From positions 2,650-66,649 of the forward strand of contig MGJI01000006.1 of the NCBI GenBank assembly GCA_001794195.1: a stretch of DNA of 64,000 nucleotides, given 5' to 3'. A program made the translations under genes and the position numbers. Below are positions 9,773 to 18,266 of this stretch, piece after piece; the stretch's first letter is position 1; each line of letters opens with the position of its first letter. The notes under the pieces were generated by a model. That model did not search any database. It was not told the DNA's origin and saw only the letters and a list, made by a program, of their open reading frames with translations. The DNA is from Candidatus Yanofskybacteria bacterium RIFCSPHIGHO2_01_FULL_44_17. Lineage in GTDB: Bacteria; Patescibacteriota; Minisyncoccia; 2-02-FULL-40-12; IGHO2-01-FULL-4-A.

Positions 9773-10435
9773 ATGAATGAATATTGGAACCTAGGTGTTG
9801 GGCCAGCTCAGAAGTTTGAGAAAGCCCTGAACCGAAACGGTTGTACCCCAGCCGAACTGGACACTTTGTCCAGTGGCAGTCTTCTTAGCCAAGTCCGGCG
9901 AGTCATCGCTGGGCAAGCCAAGATCGTCCCAGTCGAACCGCAGATGGACCGCTGGGTTACCATCAACTCCACGACCATCGCCGTTAACCTCGGCGCCACG
10001 CCGAGACTACCTTTCGATGGAGCCCGAGTCGAGAGCCACATCGGTAATGGCTGGGCCATCGTCGAGAGGCGGGCGGACGGATTGTATGTGAATGACCACA
10101 AAGTCATCCTGCATCTGTCCAAGCGTCAAATAGTCGGTAGTAAGTTCGTCCGAGGCTACGAACTCCGCAGAGAGCTGACGGGCAAGCCCGTCCTCAACGC
10201 GAACATTCTGGATGCCCTCTACGACAATCCCCACCTCATTCCCGAGGACTGGAAGAAAGATGAGCATGACAACATCCGCTACATCTTCTTCTGGGGCAGC
10301 ATCTATTGCGATGTTGACGGCCGCCTGTGTGTCCGCGCCCTCTGCTTCCGCAGCAGTGCGTGGGGCCGGAGCTGCAACTGGCTCGTCGACGACTGGCTCG
10401 GCCCCGACCTGGCGGCTTCGCTCGCAAGTGTCTGA
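9773..10435 (+). CDS. Putative DGR target (variable) protein with CLec-like C-terminus
   Basis: LNANILDALYDNPHLIPEDWK..IFFWGSIY...VRALCF..W..NWL.DDW...AASLAS; A-poor, NNY-rich 3' region; GC-rich relative to the window. Confidence 0.7.
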   Translation: MNEYWNLGVGPAQKFEKALNRNGCTPAELDTLSSGSLLSQVRRVIAGQAKIVPVEPQMDRWVTINSTTIAVNLGATPRLPFDGARVESHIGNGWAIVERRADGLYVNDHKVILHLSKRQIVGSKFVRGYELRRELTGKPVLNANILDALYDNPHLIPEDWKKDEHDNIRYIFFWGSIYCDVDGRLCVRALCFRSSAWGRSCNWLVDDWLGPDLAASLASV

Positions 10436-10493
10436 ACTTGGGGCTTAGCCCCTCTGATCTTTTTGACCCTTGGGATTTTATCCTTGGGGTCCT

Positions 10494-10525
10494 GCCCGCA
10501 CGGTAACGTGCGGGCGTTTCTTTTT
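10494..10525 (+). terminator. GC hairpin with T tract (terminator and/or DGR homing hairpin)
   Basis: gcccgcacg-GTAA-cgtgcgggc followed by gtttcttttt. Confidence 0.7.
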
Positions 10526-10586
10526 CAAAAATTCATGATAAGATCACCCTGGTAGTAGGAATATGTATACAAATTGGAAAATAAAA

Positions 10587-11843
10587 TTAGAGAATAGCTT
10601 CAATTTGTTCAAGCATGCGGCGGAGGATGAATTTGTGGAGGACGGTTTGGTGGGCTTGGATGCCGAGTTCGCGGCGGAGAGTTTCGTCTCCGACGAGTTT
10701 GTTTATGGCTTTAGCAAGAGCTTGTGGATTGGCCGGCGGCACGATGAGGCCGTTCTTGCCCAGCACCACTTCGCCTGGTGGCGAAGTGGTGCTGGGTGAA
10801 CCATTTTCAATTACTTCAGGATTGGCGCCGACAGCGGTGACTACAACGGGTAGTTTGGCAGACATCGCTTCAAGTACCGCCCAGGGAAAGCCTTCTTTAA
10901 CTGACGGCAAGACAAAAATATCGAAAGCCTTGAGGTATCTATAGGCATCAACGATCTTTCCTGCAAGAAAAATTTTATTTTCTAATTTTAGATTATTAAT
11001 TCTAGATTCTAGATTCTGTCTTTCTGGACCATCGCCGATTATAACTAGGTTGTAGGTGTTGGGCTTTAGGTTATAGGTTAAAATCCGGAAAGCGTTGATT
11101 AAATACCCTAAACCTTTGGTTGGGTAAAAGTTGGCGATGGTGCCGATAAGCAGACCGGAGTGCAAAAAGTTTGCGTGCTTCTGTGACGATGGCAAGTTCT
11201 CATATAGGCGGATTTTAGCTTCGTCTTTTTCTAAAAACTCAAGTTTGTACGGGTCTATGCCGTTGTGAACTAGAATTATCTTTTCGCGCGGTTTGATGCC
11301 GAATTTAATTGCTTGGTCGTAATCGTGCTTATTGTTGACAATAATGTAGTCTTTCCACGATGCGCTGATTTTCTCTAACCAGCGGTAAGCCAGTCGTTTC
11401 CACCATGGCCATGGGTCGTTGAATGTCCAGCCGCCGATTCTATAGATAGTTTTTAGGTTGTAGGTTGTGGGTTGTAGTAGTTTGGCGGCGAGAGAGCCGA
11501 TAAAGCCGGCCTTGGAGCTGTTTAGAAATAGCGTATCGGGCTCGAAATCCTTAATGAGTCTTTTGATTTCAAAAACAGCGGTGATGTCACTGAAAACATT
11601 GGGGTTCCGACGCAAGTGTTTGGCGGTCAGATATTTTATACCCGCGGGCAGTATAGCCGCGATTTCCTTGTTACCGTCGGTTCCACCGGCCACGGCCAGT
11701 TCAAAACGATTGGGATCAAGATGGCCTGCCAACTGTGCCAGAAACATCTGAGCTCCGCCCAATTCCGACTGGGTAATTATAAATAAAACCCTCTTTTTTG
11801 GGTTGTTGGTCTGCTGGTTTATGTGGTTGCTTATGCTATCCAT
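10587..11843 (-). CDS. Glycosyltransferase family 4
   Basis: GGAQ, NSSKAG, KG..YL, GDGPE, PSVKEGFPWAVLEAM. Confidence 0.95.
   Translation of the reverse strand: MDSISNHINQQTNNPKKRVLFIITQSELGGAQMFLAQLAGHLDPNRFELAVAGGTDGNKEIAAILPAGIKYLTAKHLRRNPNVFSDITAVFEIKRLIKDFEPDTLFLNSSKAGFIGSLAAKLLQPTTYNLKTIYRIGGWTFNDPWPWWKRLAYRWLEKISASWKDYIIVNNKHDYDQAIKFGIKPREKIILVHNGIDPYKLEFLEKDEAKIRLYENLPSSQKHANFLHSGLLIGTIANFYPTKGLGYLINAFRILTYNLKPNTYNLVIIGDGPERQNLESRINNLKLENKIFLAGKIVDAYRYLKAFDIFVLPSVKEGFPWAVLEAMSAKLPVVVTAVGANPEVIENGSPSTTSPPGEVVLGKNGLIVPPANPQALAKAINKLVGDETLRRELGIQAHQTVLHKFILRRMLEQIEAIL
10755..10800. repeat. In-frame 42-nt palindromic insertion A
   Basis: cttg-cccagcaccacttcgcc-tggt-ggcgaagtggtgctggg-tgaa. 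Confidence 0.9.
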
Positions 11844-11866
11844 TTATGGCAATATAATATAGTAAA
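11844..11866. promoter_or_regulatory. Compact divergent promoter region, probably leaderless both ways
   Basis: TATAAT 6 nt before ATG 11867 (+) and TATATT 7 nt before ATG 11843 (-); no SD. Confidence 0.45.
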
Positions 11867-13045
11867 ATGGAGGGAAAAGCAACACAAAGAATTTTGGTAT
11901 TTGCGACTAATTATCTGCCCCATATTGGAGGAGCAGAATTGGCATTCCATGAAGTTGCGATACGTATTCCCGAAGTAACTTTTGACCTCATCACCTCTCG
12001 CCTTAAAGACCCGTTCGATCCCAAGAAACTTTTGCCTTCCGAGGAAAAGTTCAAAAACGTGAACATTTACAGAGTAGGTTCGGGTTTTAATCTGGCCAAG
12101 CTAGTGCTACCTAAAAGCTTGTATCCCATAGCCGCCTACAACAAGGCCACGGAACTATACAAAAAATTCGGCCCGTATAAAAAGATTTATGCCCTGCAGG
12201 CTTCGCAGGGCGGCGGAGCGGCCTGGTTGTTTAAGATTTTTAATCCGGAGGTCACGCTCATATTAAACTTACAGGAAGGCAAGGATTTTAAAAAACAAGG
12301 GTCGCTGATTAATTTTTTCCGGAGCTTAATTATAAAAAAAGCAGACGCTATTGTTGCCATAAGTAGTTATCTTAAGGAGTACGCCAAAAAAATTAACAAG
12401 AAATCCAAAATTCACGTAATACCCAACGGAGTAGATATCGGACACTTTTCAACCGAGTACAGCTATGGGGAGCTATCGGGATTGTCCGATCAGCTTGGGA
12501 TTAAGCCAGGCGATAAGGTTATTGTCAGCGTCTCACGCCTGGTTCCCAAAAATGGCATCGATATTTTGGTAGAGGCGTTTGCCGAGGTATGTAAACTTAA
12601 AAATAAAAGTTATAAACTTCTGTTACTTGGCGATGGGCCGGAAAAGGAAAATCTCAAATCTCAAATCGCAAGCCTCAAACTTGAAAATCAGGTTATTTTT
12701 GCGGGGACCGTTGGGCATGCCGAGCTACCTAAATATTTGAAGATCTCTGATGTTTTTGTCAGATCGTCTCGATCGGAGGGTTTGGGTAGTTCATTCTTGG
12801 AAGCTATGTCGGCCGGTGTGCCGGTAATAGGAACCAGGGTTGGTGGAATCCCAGACTTTCTAAAAGATCGCGAAACGGGTCTTTTTTGCAAAACTGATAA
12901 TCCTGTTGATTTGTCCAAGCAAATCTCTCGTATTTTAACTGACGAAGAATTGCGTGCTAAGGTGATTAAGAATGGGCGCAGTCTGGTTGTCGAAAATTAT
13001 GATTGGGACAAGATAACCAAAAGCTTCAAAGAGCTTTATTTATGA
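11867..13045 (+). CDS. Glycosyltransferase family 4
   Basis: IGGAE, IPNGVD, SRLVPKNG, SRSEGLGSSFLEAM. Confidence 0.95.
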   Translation: MEGKATQRILVFATNYLPHIGGAELAFHEVAIRIPEVTFDLITSRLKDPFDPKKLLPSEEKFKNVNIYRVGSGFNLAKLVLPKSLYPIAAYNKATELYKKFGPYKKIYALQASQGGGAAWLFKIFNPEVTLILNLQEGKDFKKQGSLINFFRSLIIKKADAIVAISSYLKEYAKKINKKSKIHVIPNGVDIGHFSTEYSYGELSGLSDQLGIKPGDKVIVSVSRLVPKNGIDILVEAFAEVCKLKNKSYKLLLLGDGPEKENLKSQIASLKLENQVIFAGTVGHAELPKYLKISDVFVRSSRSEGLGSSFLEAMSAGVPVIGTRVGGIPDFLKDRETGLFCKTDNPVDLSKQISRILTDEELRAKVIKNGRSLVVENYDWDKITKSFKELYL

Positions 13046-14106
13046 CCTCTATTTTAATAGCCGAATACACAAGGCGTTCAAACGAAATAGGCAGGCCGTC
13101 TTACGGCCAGATTTTGTCGCAGGGACTTTCCAGCGACTTTAAAATCTATTCTTCCGGTAGTTTTTTAAAGATATTAAGCTTGGCGGGCGAGGTAGATACT
13201 ATTTTTGCTACCACCCCGGTGGGCTCAGGTTATGCTGCCTATTTGGCGGCAAAGTTGCGGAAGAAAAGTTTTTTGTTAAGAGTTGACGACGATTATGCCT
13301 GGAGATCAGCAATTGAGAGCGGCAAGACATATCTTTTGGCTAGTGACTTCCAGAAATTTCCAAAAAAAGGGCATGCCTCTGGCACATTCAAACGACAGGC
13401 TCGGATTTGTGCGCAGGCAGATGTTATTATCGTGCCGTCTAAATTTATGTCAGAAATCGTAAGCGGCTGGGGGGTGATGGCGGAGAAAATAAAAATAATA
13501 GCCGACCCTATTAATTACGGGCTGACCGATATAAGCAAAGAGGAGGCAAGGAAAAAAATTGGTATTCCCGGTAATTTGCTGATATCTGTCGGGCCGCTTG
13601 TTCCATGGAAGGGCTTCCGCATGTTGGTTAAACTGATGCCTCAGCTCGCCGCAATCAACCAGTTTTTTCGTCTGGTTATAGTGGGTGATGGGCCGGAACT
13701 AAAAATTCTCAAGCCGATGATCAAAAATCTAGGTCTTGATAAAAAGATTTATTTGATGGGCAGAAAGAGCGAAGAAGAATTGGCTCTGCTTTTGGCGGCT
13801 TCAGACGTGTTTATTTTGAACAGCGGTCACGAGGCTTTCCCCAGCGAAACGATAAGGGCTATGATGGCTGGTCTGCCGGTTATCACAACGGCCGTCGGCG
13901 CAAATCCGGAGGTTATTGAACAAGGGGAGAACGGATTTATGATTAAGTACAATGATGAATTCAATTTAGTAGAAGCCATTAAAACGGTATGGCAGACTCC
14001 GCTACTGCGGGAGAGGTTTATTGAAGAAGGAAAGAAGACGGCGCAGCGGTTTAGTCTGGAAAAAACGATGGAAGAAATTAAAAAAGTTATAGGTTATAAG
14101 CCATAA
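13042..14106 (+). CDS. Glycosyltransferase family 4
   Basis: GPLVPWKG, GDGPE, divergent EAFPSETIRAM motif; start placed at the ATGA overlap (13042). Confidence 0.9.
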   Translation: MTSILIAEYTRRSNEIGRPSYGQILSQGLSSDFKIYSSGSFLKILSLAGEVDTIFATTPVGSGYAAYLAAKLRKKSFLLRVDDDYAWRSAIESGKTYLLASDFQKFPKKGHASGTFKRQARICAQADVIIVPSKFMSEIVSGWGVMAEKIKIIADPINYGLTDISKEEARKKIGIPGNLLISVGPLVPWKGFRMLVKLMPQLAAINQFFRLVIVGDGPELKILKPMIKNLGLDKKIYLMGRKSEEELALLLAASDVFILNSGHEAFPSETIRAMMAGLPVITTAVGANPEVIEQGENGFMIKYNDEFNLVEAIKTVWQTPLLRERFIEEGKKTAQRFSLEKTMEEIKKVIGYKP

Positions 14107-14111
14107 GCAAT

Positions 14112-15287
14112 ATGCGACTTCTAATGATATCAGGTGCGGGCGCGAGTTCTTTGGTCCAAGGCAAGCGGGGCGCGTTTTATAGTACCCTTGAAGAGTTCCA
14201 TAAGTATTGGGAGCGGATTGATGTAATATGCCCCGCTGTCACAACTATCAACTACCAACTACCAACGACCAACTACTTTGGCAATGTTTTTATCCATCCG
14301 TCGCCACGGCCGTTAATAATGCAGCCATTGTGGATTTTGAAGAAAGGCCGCGAATTGTACCGTGAACACAAATTTGACTTAATAACCGTCCACGAGTTCC
14401 CCCCGTTTTATAACGGAATCGGCGCGAGGTTACTTTGGAATAAAATCCATGTTCCGTATGTTTTGGAAATTCATCATGTTCCCGGATACCCTAAGGCTGC
14501 AGGGCTTAAGGAGCGGCTGTATAAAATTGCGATGCAACGGTTCATAAAATACGATGTTGCCAAGGCAAGGGCTGTGCGTGTGGTCAATCAGCATCAGGTT
14601 CCTGATTTTTTGACCAATGCTGGGGTTCCGGCCGAAAAAATAAAATATATCCCCTCGGCCTATATTGATCTAGAGACATTTAGGCCGATGCCAGAAGTTG
14701 AGAAGAAATATGATTTAGTTTTTGCGGCCAGGCTTGAAAAAAATAAAGGCGTGGGCTTATTATTGGATGCGGTTGCCAGCCTTAAGATCCAAGTCCCCAG
14801 TCTTAACCTACTGATTATCGGCGATGGTCCGGAAAGACAGAATTTGGAAGAAAGAATAGAGGCCCTAGGGTTAGAAAACAATGTCATTTTGACCGGCTGG
14901 TTGCCAACAGTCGGTGATGTGGCGCGAGCCTATAATAGCGCCAGGATTTTTATCAACCCCTCTTTAAATGAGGGCGGACCCAGAGTGGCGCTGGAAGCTA
15001 TGGCTTGTGGTTTGCCCGTAATTACAACGCCAGTAGGGTTGATGATTGATGTAATAAAAAACGGTTCACCCAGCACCACTTTGCAAGATAGCAAAGTGGT
15101 GCTGGGCAAGAACGGCCTGATTACCAATTGGGAGCCGGAAGATATGGCCAATAAAATCTTGTATTTGCTTAATGACAGACAGCTGCAAGTACGGTTTTCC
15201 GCTGCCAGCTTAGAATTGGTCAAACAATTTGAAAAACAGTCAGTAATTAGAAACTACGCTCTAAAATTACGCGGCCCCGTAACCTAA
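14112..15287 (+). CDS. Glycosyltransferase family 4
   Basis: ARLEKNKG, GDGPE, PSLNEGGPRVALEAMACG. Confidence 0.95.
   Translation: MRLLMISGAGASSLVQGKRGAFYSTLEEFHKYWERIDVICPAVTTINYQLPTTNYFGNVFIHPSPRPLIMQPLWILKKGRELYREHKFDLITVHEFPPFYNGIGARLLWNKIHVPYVLEIHHVPGYPKAAGLKERLYKIAMQRFIKYDVAKARAVRVVNQHQVPDFLTNAGVPAEKIKYIPSAYIDLETFRPMPEVEKKYDLVFAARLEKNKGVGLLLDAVASLKIQVPSLNLLIIGDGPERQNLEERIEALGLENNVILTGWLPTVGDVARAYNSARIFINPSLNEGGPRVALEAMACGLPVITTPVGLMIDVIKNGSPSTTLQDSKVVLGKNGLITNWEPEDMANKILYLLNDRQLQVRFSAASLELVKQFEKQSVIRNYALKLRGPVT
15065..15110. repeat. In-frame 42-nt palindromic insertion B
   Basis: ttca-cccagcaccactttgc-aagata-gcaaagtggtgctggg-caag. Confidence 0.9.
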
Positions 15288-15290
15288 AAG

Positions 15291-15299
15291 TTATCCACA
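15291..15299 (+). promoter_or_regulatory. Single perfect DnaA box upstream of a surface-protein promoter
   Basis: TTATCCACA; TATAAT at about 15330. Confidence 0.4.
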
Positions 15300-15435
15300 G
15301 AAAAGTGGGCATAGTCAAGTCAGCGGAGGTATAATTAATACATAATATATACCATCTGCTAATACTACGGTCTTTTGGACAGTAGCACTTCTTTACGTAT
15401 AAGACGATTTTGCCAGACGGTAGGTTTTAATCAAA

Positions 15436-17118
15436 ATGGGAACAAGTTTTATTTTGCCTAAGGCACGGTCAGTTTTTATAATTTGGTCTGCGCTTGTTAT
15501 TATCGCTTTGATGGCGGTATTTTTTATGTTTTCAAATAAGGCAAGTGCGGCAGATGCCGGTGAATTCGTATTTTTCAGGATTGATAGCGAAATCGATACT
15601 TTGATAGCTGATAAAGGTACGTTGTCTCTTAGATTTTCATGCGGTGGCGCTACGGCGGCCGCTTACGTTGAAGATGGTACGGCTTCTGAAAGTACTAATT
15701 CAGCAGATGGTATTATAAAACTTGCATCGGCTTCTAAAGAAATGACAGATGCCAGTTGTACTGTTTTGGGCAGTCAATGGGATGGTAGTAAAACTATTCG
15801 CGCCTCGATTTCTATAGATGGTTGGGTGGCAAGAACTTGGGAGGTCGTTCTTCTGGCATCTACTACTGCCGAATTTGTCACCAGAGCAAGTGTGGACTAT
15901 ACCATTTTGGTTAATGGCGTAGATGATGAGTTAGGTACTGCTATCACGCTTGATGGTACTTCGGCCTCGGCTTCTTATAGCGGAACGGTTGCTTCACAGT
16001 CATACAGCAATTACAGTGGCTCATACAAGAAATATATTGCCGGTTCAACCAGTAGTGGTACGGTTAAGGGTGGTGCCAACGGCTATGTTAACAGAACCTC
16101 CGCCGCTCTGACGATTTCCCCCACGGCTTCACAGTCCGTTGACTTCGGCGTAGAAACAGACAGCGGTTTGGACGAAAGCGGATTGGACTTCGGCCACAAA
16201 GTAAGAGTGTATGAATCCGGAGGAAGTTTTGCGGATAACAAATTTACCACTGGTGCAGTAACAGCCGGAGATAGTTTTAGCACGACTTGTACAAATAATA
16301 GTGACGGAAACTGGTATTGTCCCGTGCCTATTGCCAATACAGAAACATCCGCGAAATTTATTTTGACAGGATTTGTAACTTCGACGGGAACATATACCGA
16401 CCGAACTGCTGGATCAAGCGCTTCCGATAGCATTGATATTACACCAGTTAGGACTACCCCTAGCGGTGGTGGTGGAACACCCACGCCCACGCCGACCCCG
16501 ACTCCTACCCCAAGTCCTACGCCTGGCGTATCTGTTTCGCCAACCCCAACTCCAGGAGTTTCACCAACGCCCACGCCAACTGTTGGAGTAAAACTATATC
16601 GCAAGGTAAGCGACCCCAAGGTTTATGTTTTAGGCGCAGATGGAATGTTGACCTGGGTTAGGACGTTGGAAGAGTTTAATGCCGCTGGCTATAAGTGGTC
16701 TGATGTCCAGTTAATATCCGGTCCGGAATTCGCAAAATTTAAACAAGCCTCAGTTTCTGGTGCCAAATTGTTGCGTCAGGAAAATAACCCTAAGGTCTAT
16801 GCCCAAGGTAATGATGGAATTTTCCGATGGGTGAAAACTGCACAGGAATTTAATGGCAAGGGATATAAGTGGGAAGAGATCCAACTTGTTTCTGCGGGGG
16901 AACTTGCTGGATACGTGATTGGCGGCAGAATCAAGGTGGTTGGCGGAATTGCTTTCTTGCGTGTTCGTGAAAATCCAAGCACTAAGAGTAAGATTCTTGG
17001 GCAGGTCCTTACCGGACAGGAGTTTGATTTTTCCGATCTTGAGAACGGTTGGTACAGAATTAGAAAAGACGGCAAAGATTGGGGATGGGTGTTCGCGGGA
17101 TACGCCAACGAGATCTAA
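15436..17118 (+). CDS. Secreted cell-surface protein: S/T-rich domain, Pro-Thr linker, two tandem repeats, C-terminal SH3b-like domain
   Basis: Signal peptide ending ASA; (TP)n linker; KLYRKVSDPKVY/KLLRQENNPKVY repeats; LRVRENPSTKSKILG...NGWYRI...GWV. Confidence 0.85.
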   Translation: MGTSFILPKARSVFIIWSALVIIALMAVFFMFSNKASAADAGEFVFFRIDSEIDTLIADKGTLSLRFSCGGATAAAYVEDGTASESTNSADGIIKLASASKEMTDASCTVLGSQWDGSKTIRASISIDGWVARTWEVVLLASTTAEFVTRASVDYTILVNGVDDELGTAITLDGTSASASYSGTVASQSYSNYSGSYKKYIAGSTSSGTVKGGANGYVNRTSAALTISPTASQSVDFGVETDSGLDESGLDFGHKVRVYESGGSFADNKFTTGAVTAGDSFSTTCTNNSDGNWYCPVPIANTETSAKFILTGFVTSTGTYTDRTAGSSASDSIDITPVRTTPSGGGGTPTPTPTPTPTPSPTPGVSVSPTPTPGVSPTPTPTVGVKLYRKVSDPKVYVLGADGMLTWVRTLEEFNAAGYKWSDVQLISGPEFAKFKQASVSGAKLLRQENNPKVYAQGNDGIFRWVKTAQEFNGKGYKWEEIQLVSAGELAGYVIGGRIKVVGGIAFLRVRENPSTKSKILGQVLTGQEFDFSDLENGWYRIRKDGKDWGWVFAGYANEI

Positions 17119-17133
17119 AATTTAGGATAAAAC

Positions 17134-17166
17134 TAAAACCCCCTTCGACAAACTCAGGGGGTTTTA
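17134..17166. terminator. Terminator hairpin containing a REP-like core
   Basis: taaaaccccct-tcgacaaactc-agggggtttta. Confidence 0.65.
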
Positions 17167-17204
17167 TGTTGAATAGGCTAAATTTTTCATATATTGTATG
17201 ATAA

Positions 17205-18266
17205 ATGCCTAATTTACTCATAATCACCCAAAAAGTTGATTCAAATGACGATGTCCTCGGCTTTTTTCACGAGTGGATTCGCGAATTTTCCAAGAAATGC
17301 GGCAAGGTGACTGTTATTTGCCTGAAGCTTGGCCAGTACGATTTGCCGTCAAATGTTAAGGTTATGTCCCTTGGCAAAGAGAGAGGGTTGGGCAAGCTTC
17401 GGTATTTGTTAAATTTTTACAAATATATTTGGCAGGAACGCAAGAATTATGATGCTGTTTTTGCGCATATGAATCCGCAATATATTCCCTTGGGATGGCC
17501 GGTATGGAAACTGCTAGGCAAAAAAATGTCGCTCTGGTATGCACATGGGCACGTGCCGCCGATGCTTAAAATTGCAGATCACCTGACGGACATTGCTTTT
17601 GCGTCTACGCCAGAGGGTTACCGCTTGCCCAGCAAGAAACTAAAAATCGTGGGGCAGGGGATTGATGTTAATAAATTTAGGCCCGCAGAAGGTAAGGCGA
17701 TAAAAGAGTTTTTTAAAATTGTTTCGGTCGGCAGGATTTCGCCATCAAAGGACTACGAAACGCTGATAGGGGCTATCGAATTATTATCGCCTAGCGGTAA
17801 ATTTAAAATAGAAATTGCTGGTAGTCCGGCCAATCCCAGCGACAAAGATTATTTAGAAAATTTAAAACGACTGGTCAGTGAAAAAGCGCTTAGCGTCATA
17901 GTCGAGTTCATCGGTCCGATTGCCAACAAAAATCTTCCGCCATTTTTACAATCTGCGGACCTGTTCGTGAACATGGGCCATACGGGCAGTTTGGATAAGG
18001 CTAATCTCGAGGCTATGGCTTGCGGTTTGCCGCTCCTAACCTGTAATGAGGCTTACGAAAACATTCTGGGAGAGTACAAAAGTATGCTCATGTACCCCAA
18101 GAGGGACGTCCGGTCTTTATCAGAAAAAATCGGTATGATTATTAATTTAAACCAACAAGAAAGAGAAAAAATAAGTCACTATTTGAGACAGATTGTCGTT
18201 CGAGATCATAATTTGGAAGAATTGGTAAACAAAATTAGCGCGATTTTATTTAGCCAAAACCAATGA
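17205..18266 (+). CDS. Glycosyltransferase family 4
   Basis: VGRISPSKD, TGSLDKANLEAMACG. Confidence 0.92.
   Translation: MPNLLIITQKVDSNDDVLGFFHEWIREFSKKCGKVTVICLKLGQYDLPSNVKVMSLGKERGLGKLRYLLNFYKYIWQERKNYDAVFAHMNPQYIPLGWPVWKLLGKKMSLWYAHGHVPPMLKIADHLTDIAFASTPEGYRLPSKKLKIVGQGIDVNKFRPAEGKAIKEFFKIVSVGRISPSKDYETLIGAIELLSPSGKFKIEIAGSPANPSDKDYLENLKRLVSEKALSVIVEFIGPIANKNLPPFLQSADLFVNMGHTGSLDKANLEAMACGLPLLTCNEAYENILGEYKSMLMYPKRDVRSLSEKIGMIINLNQQEREKISHYLRQIVVRDHNLEELVNKISAILFSQNQ

Noticed and set aside
15291-15299. DnaA box as a replication origin
   Set aside because: It is a single box with no cluster and no dnaA/dnaN nearby.
16470-16585. Low-complexity C/A-rich DNA repeat
   Set aside because: Explained by the Pro-Thr linker, with varied synonymous codons.
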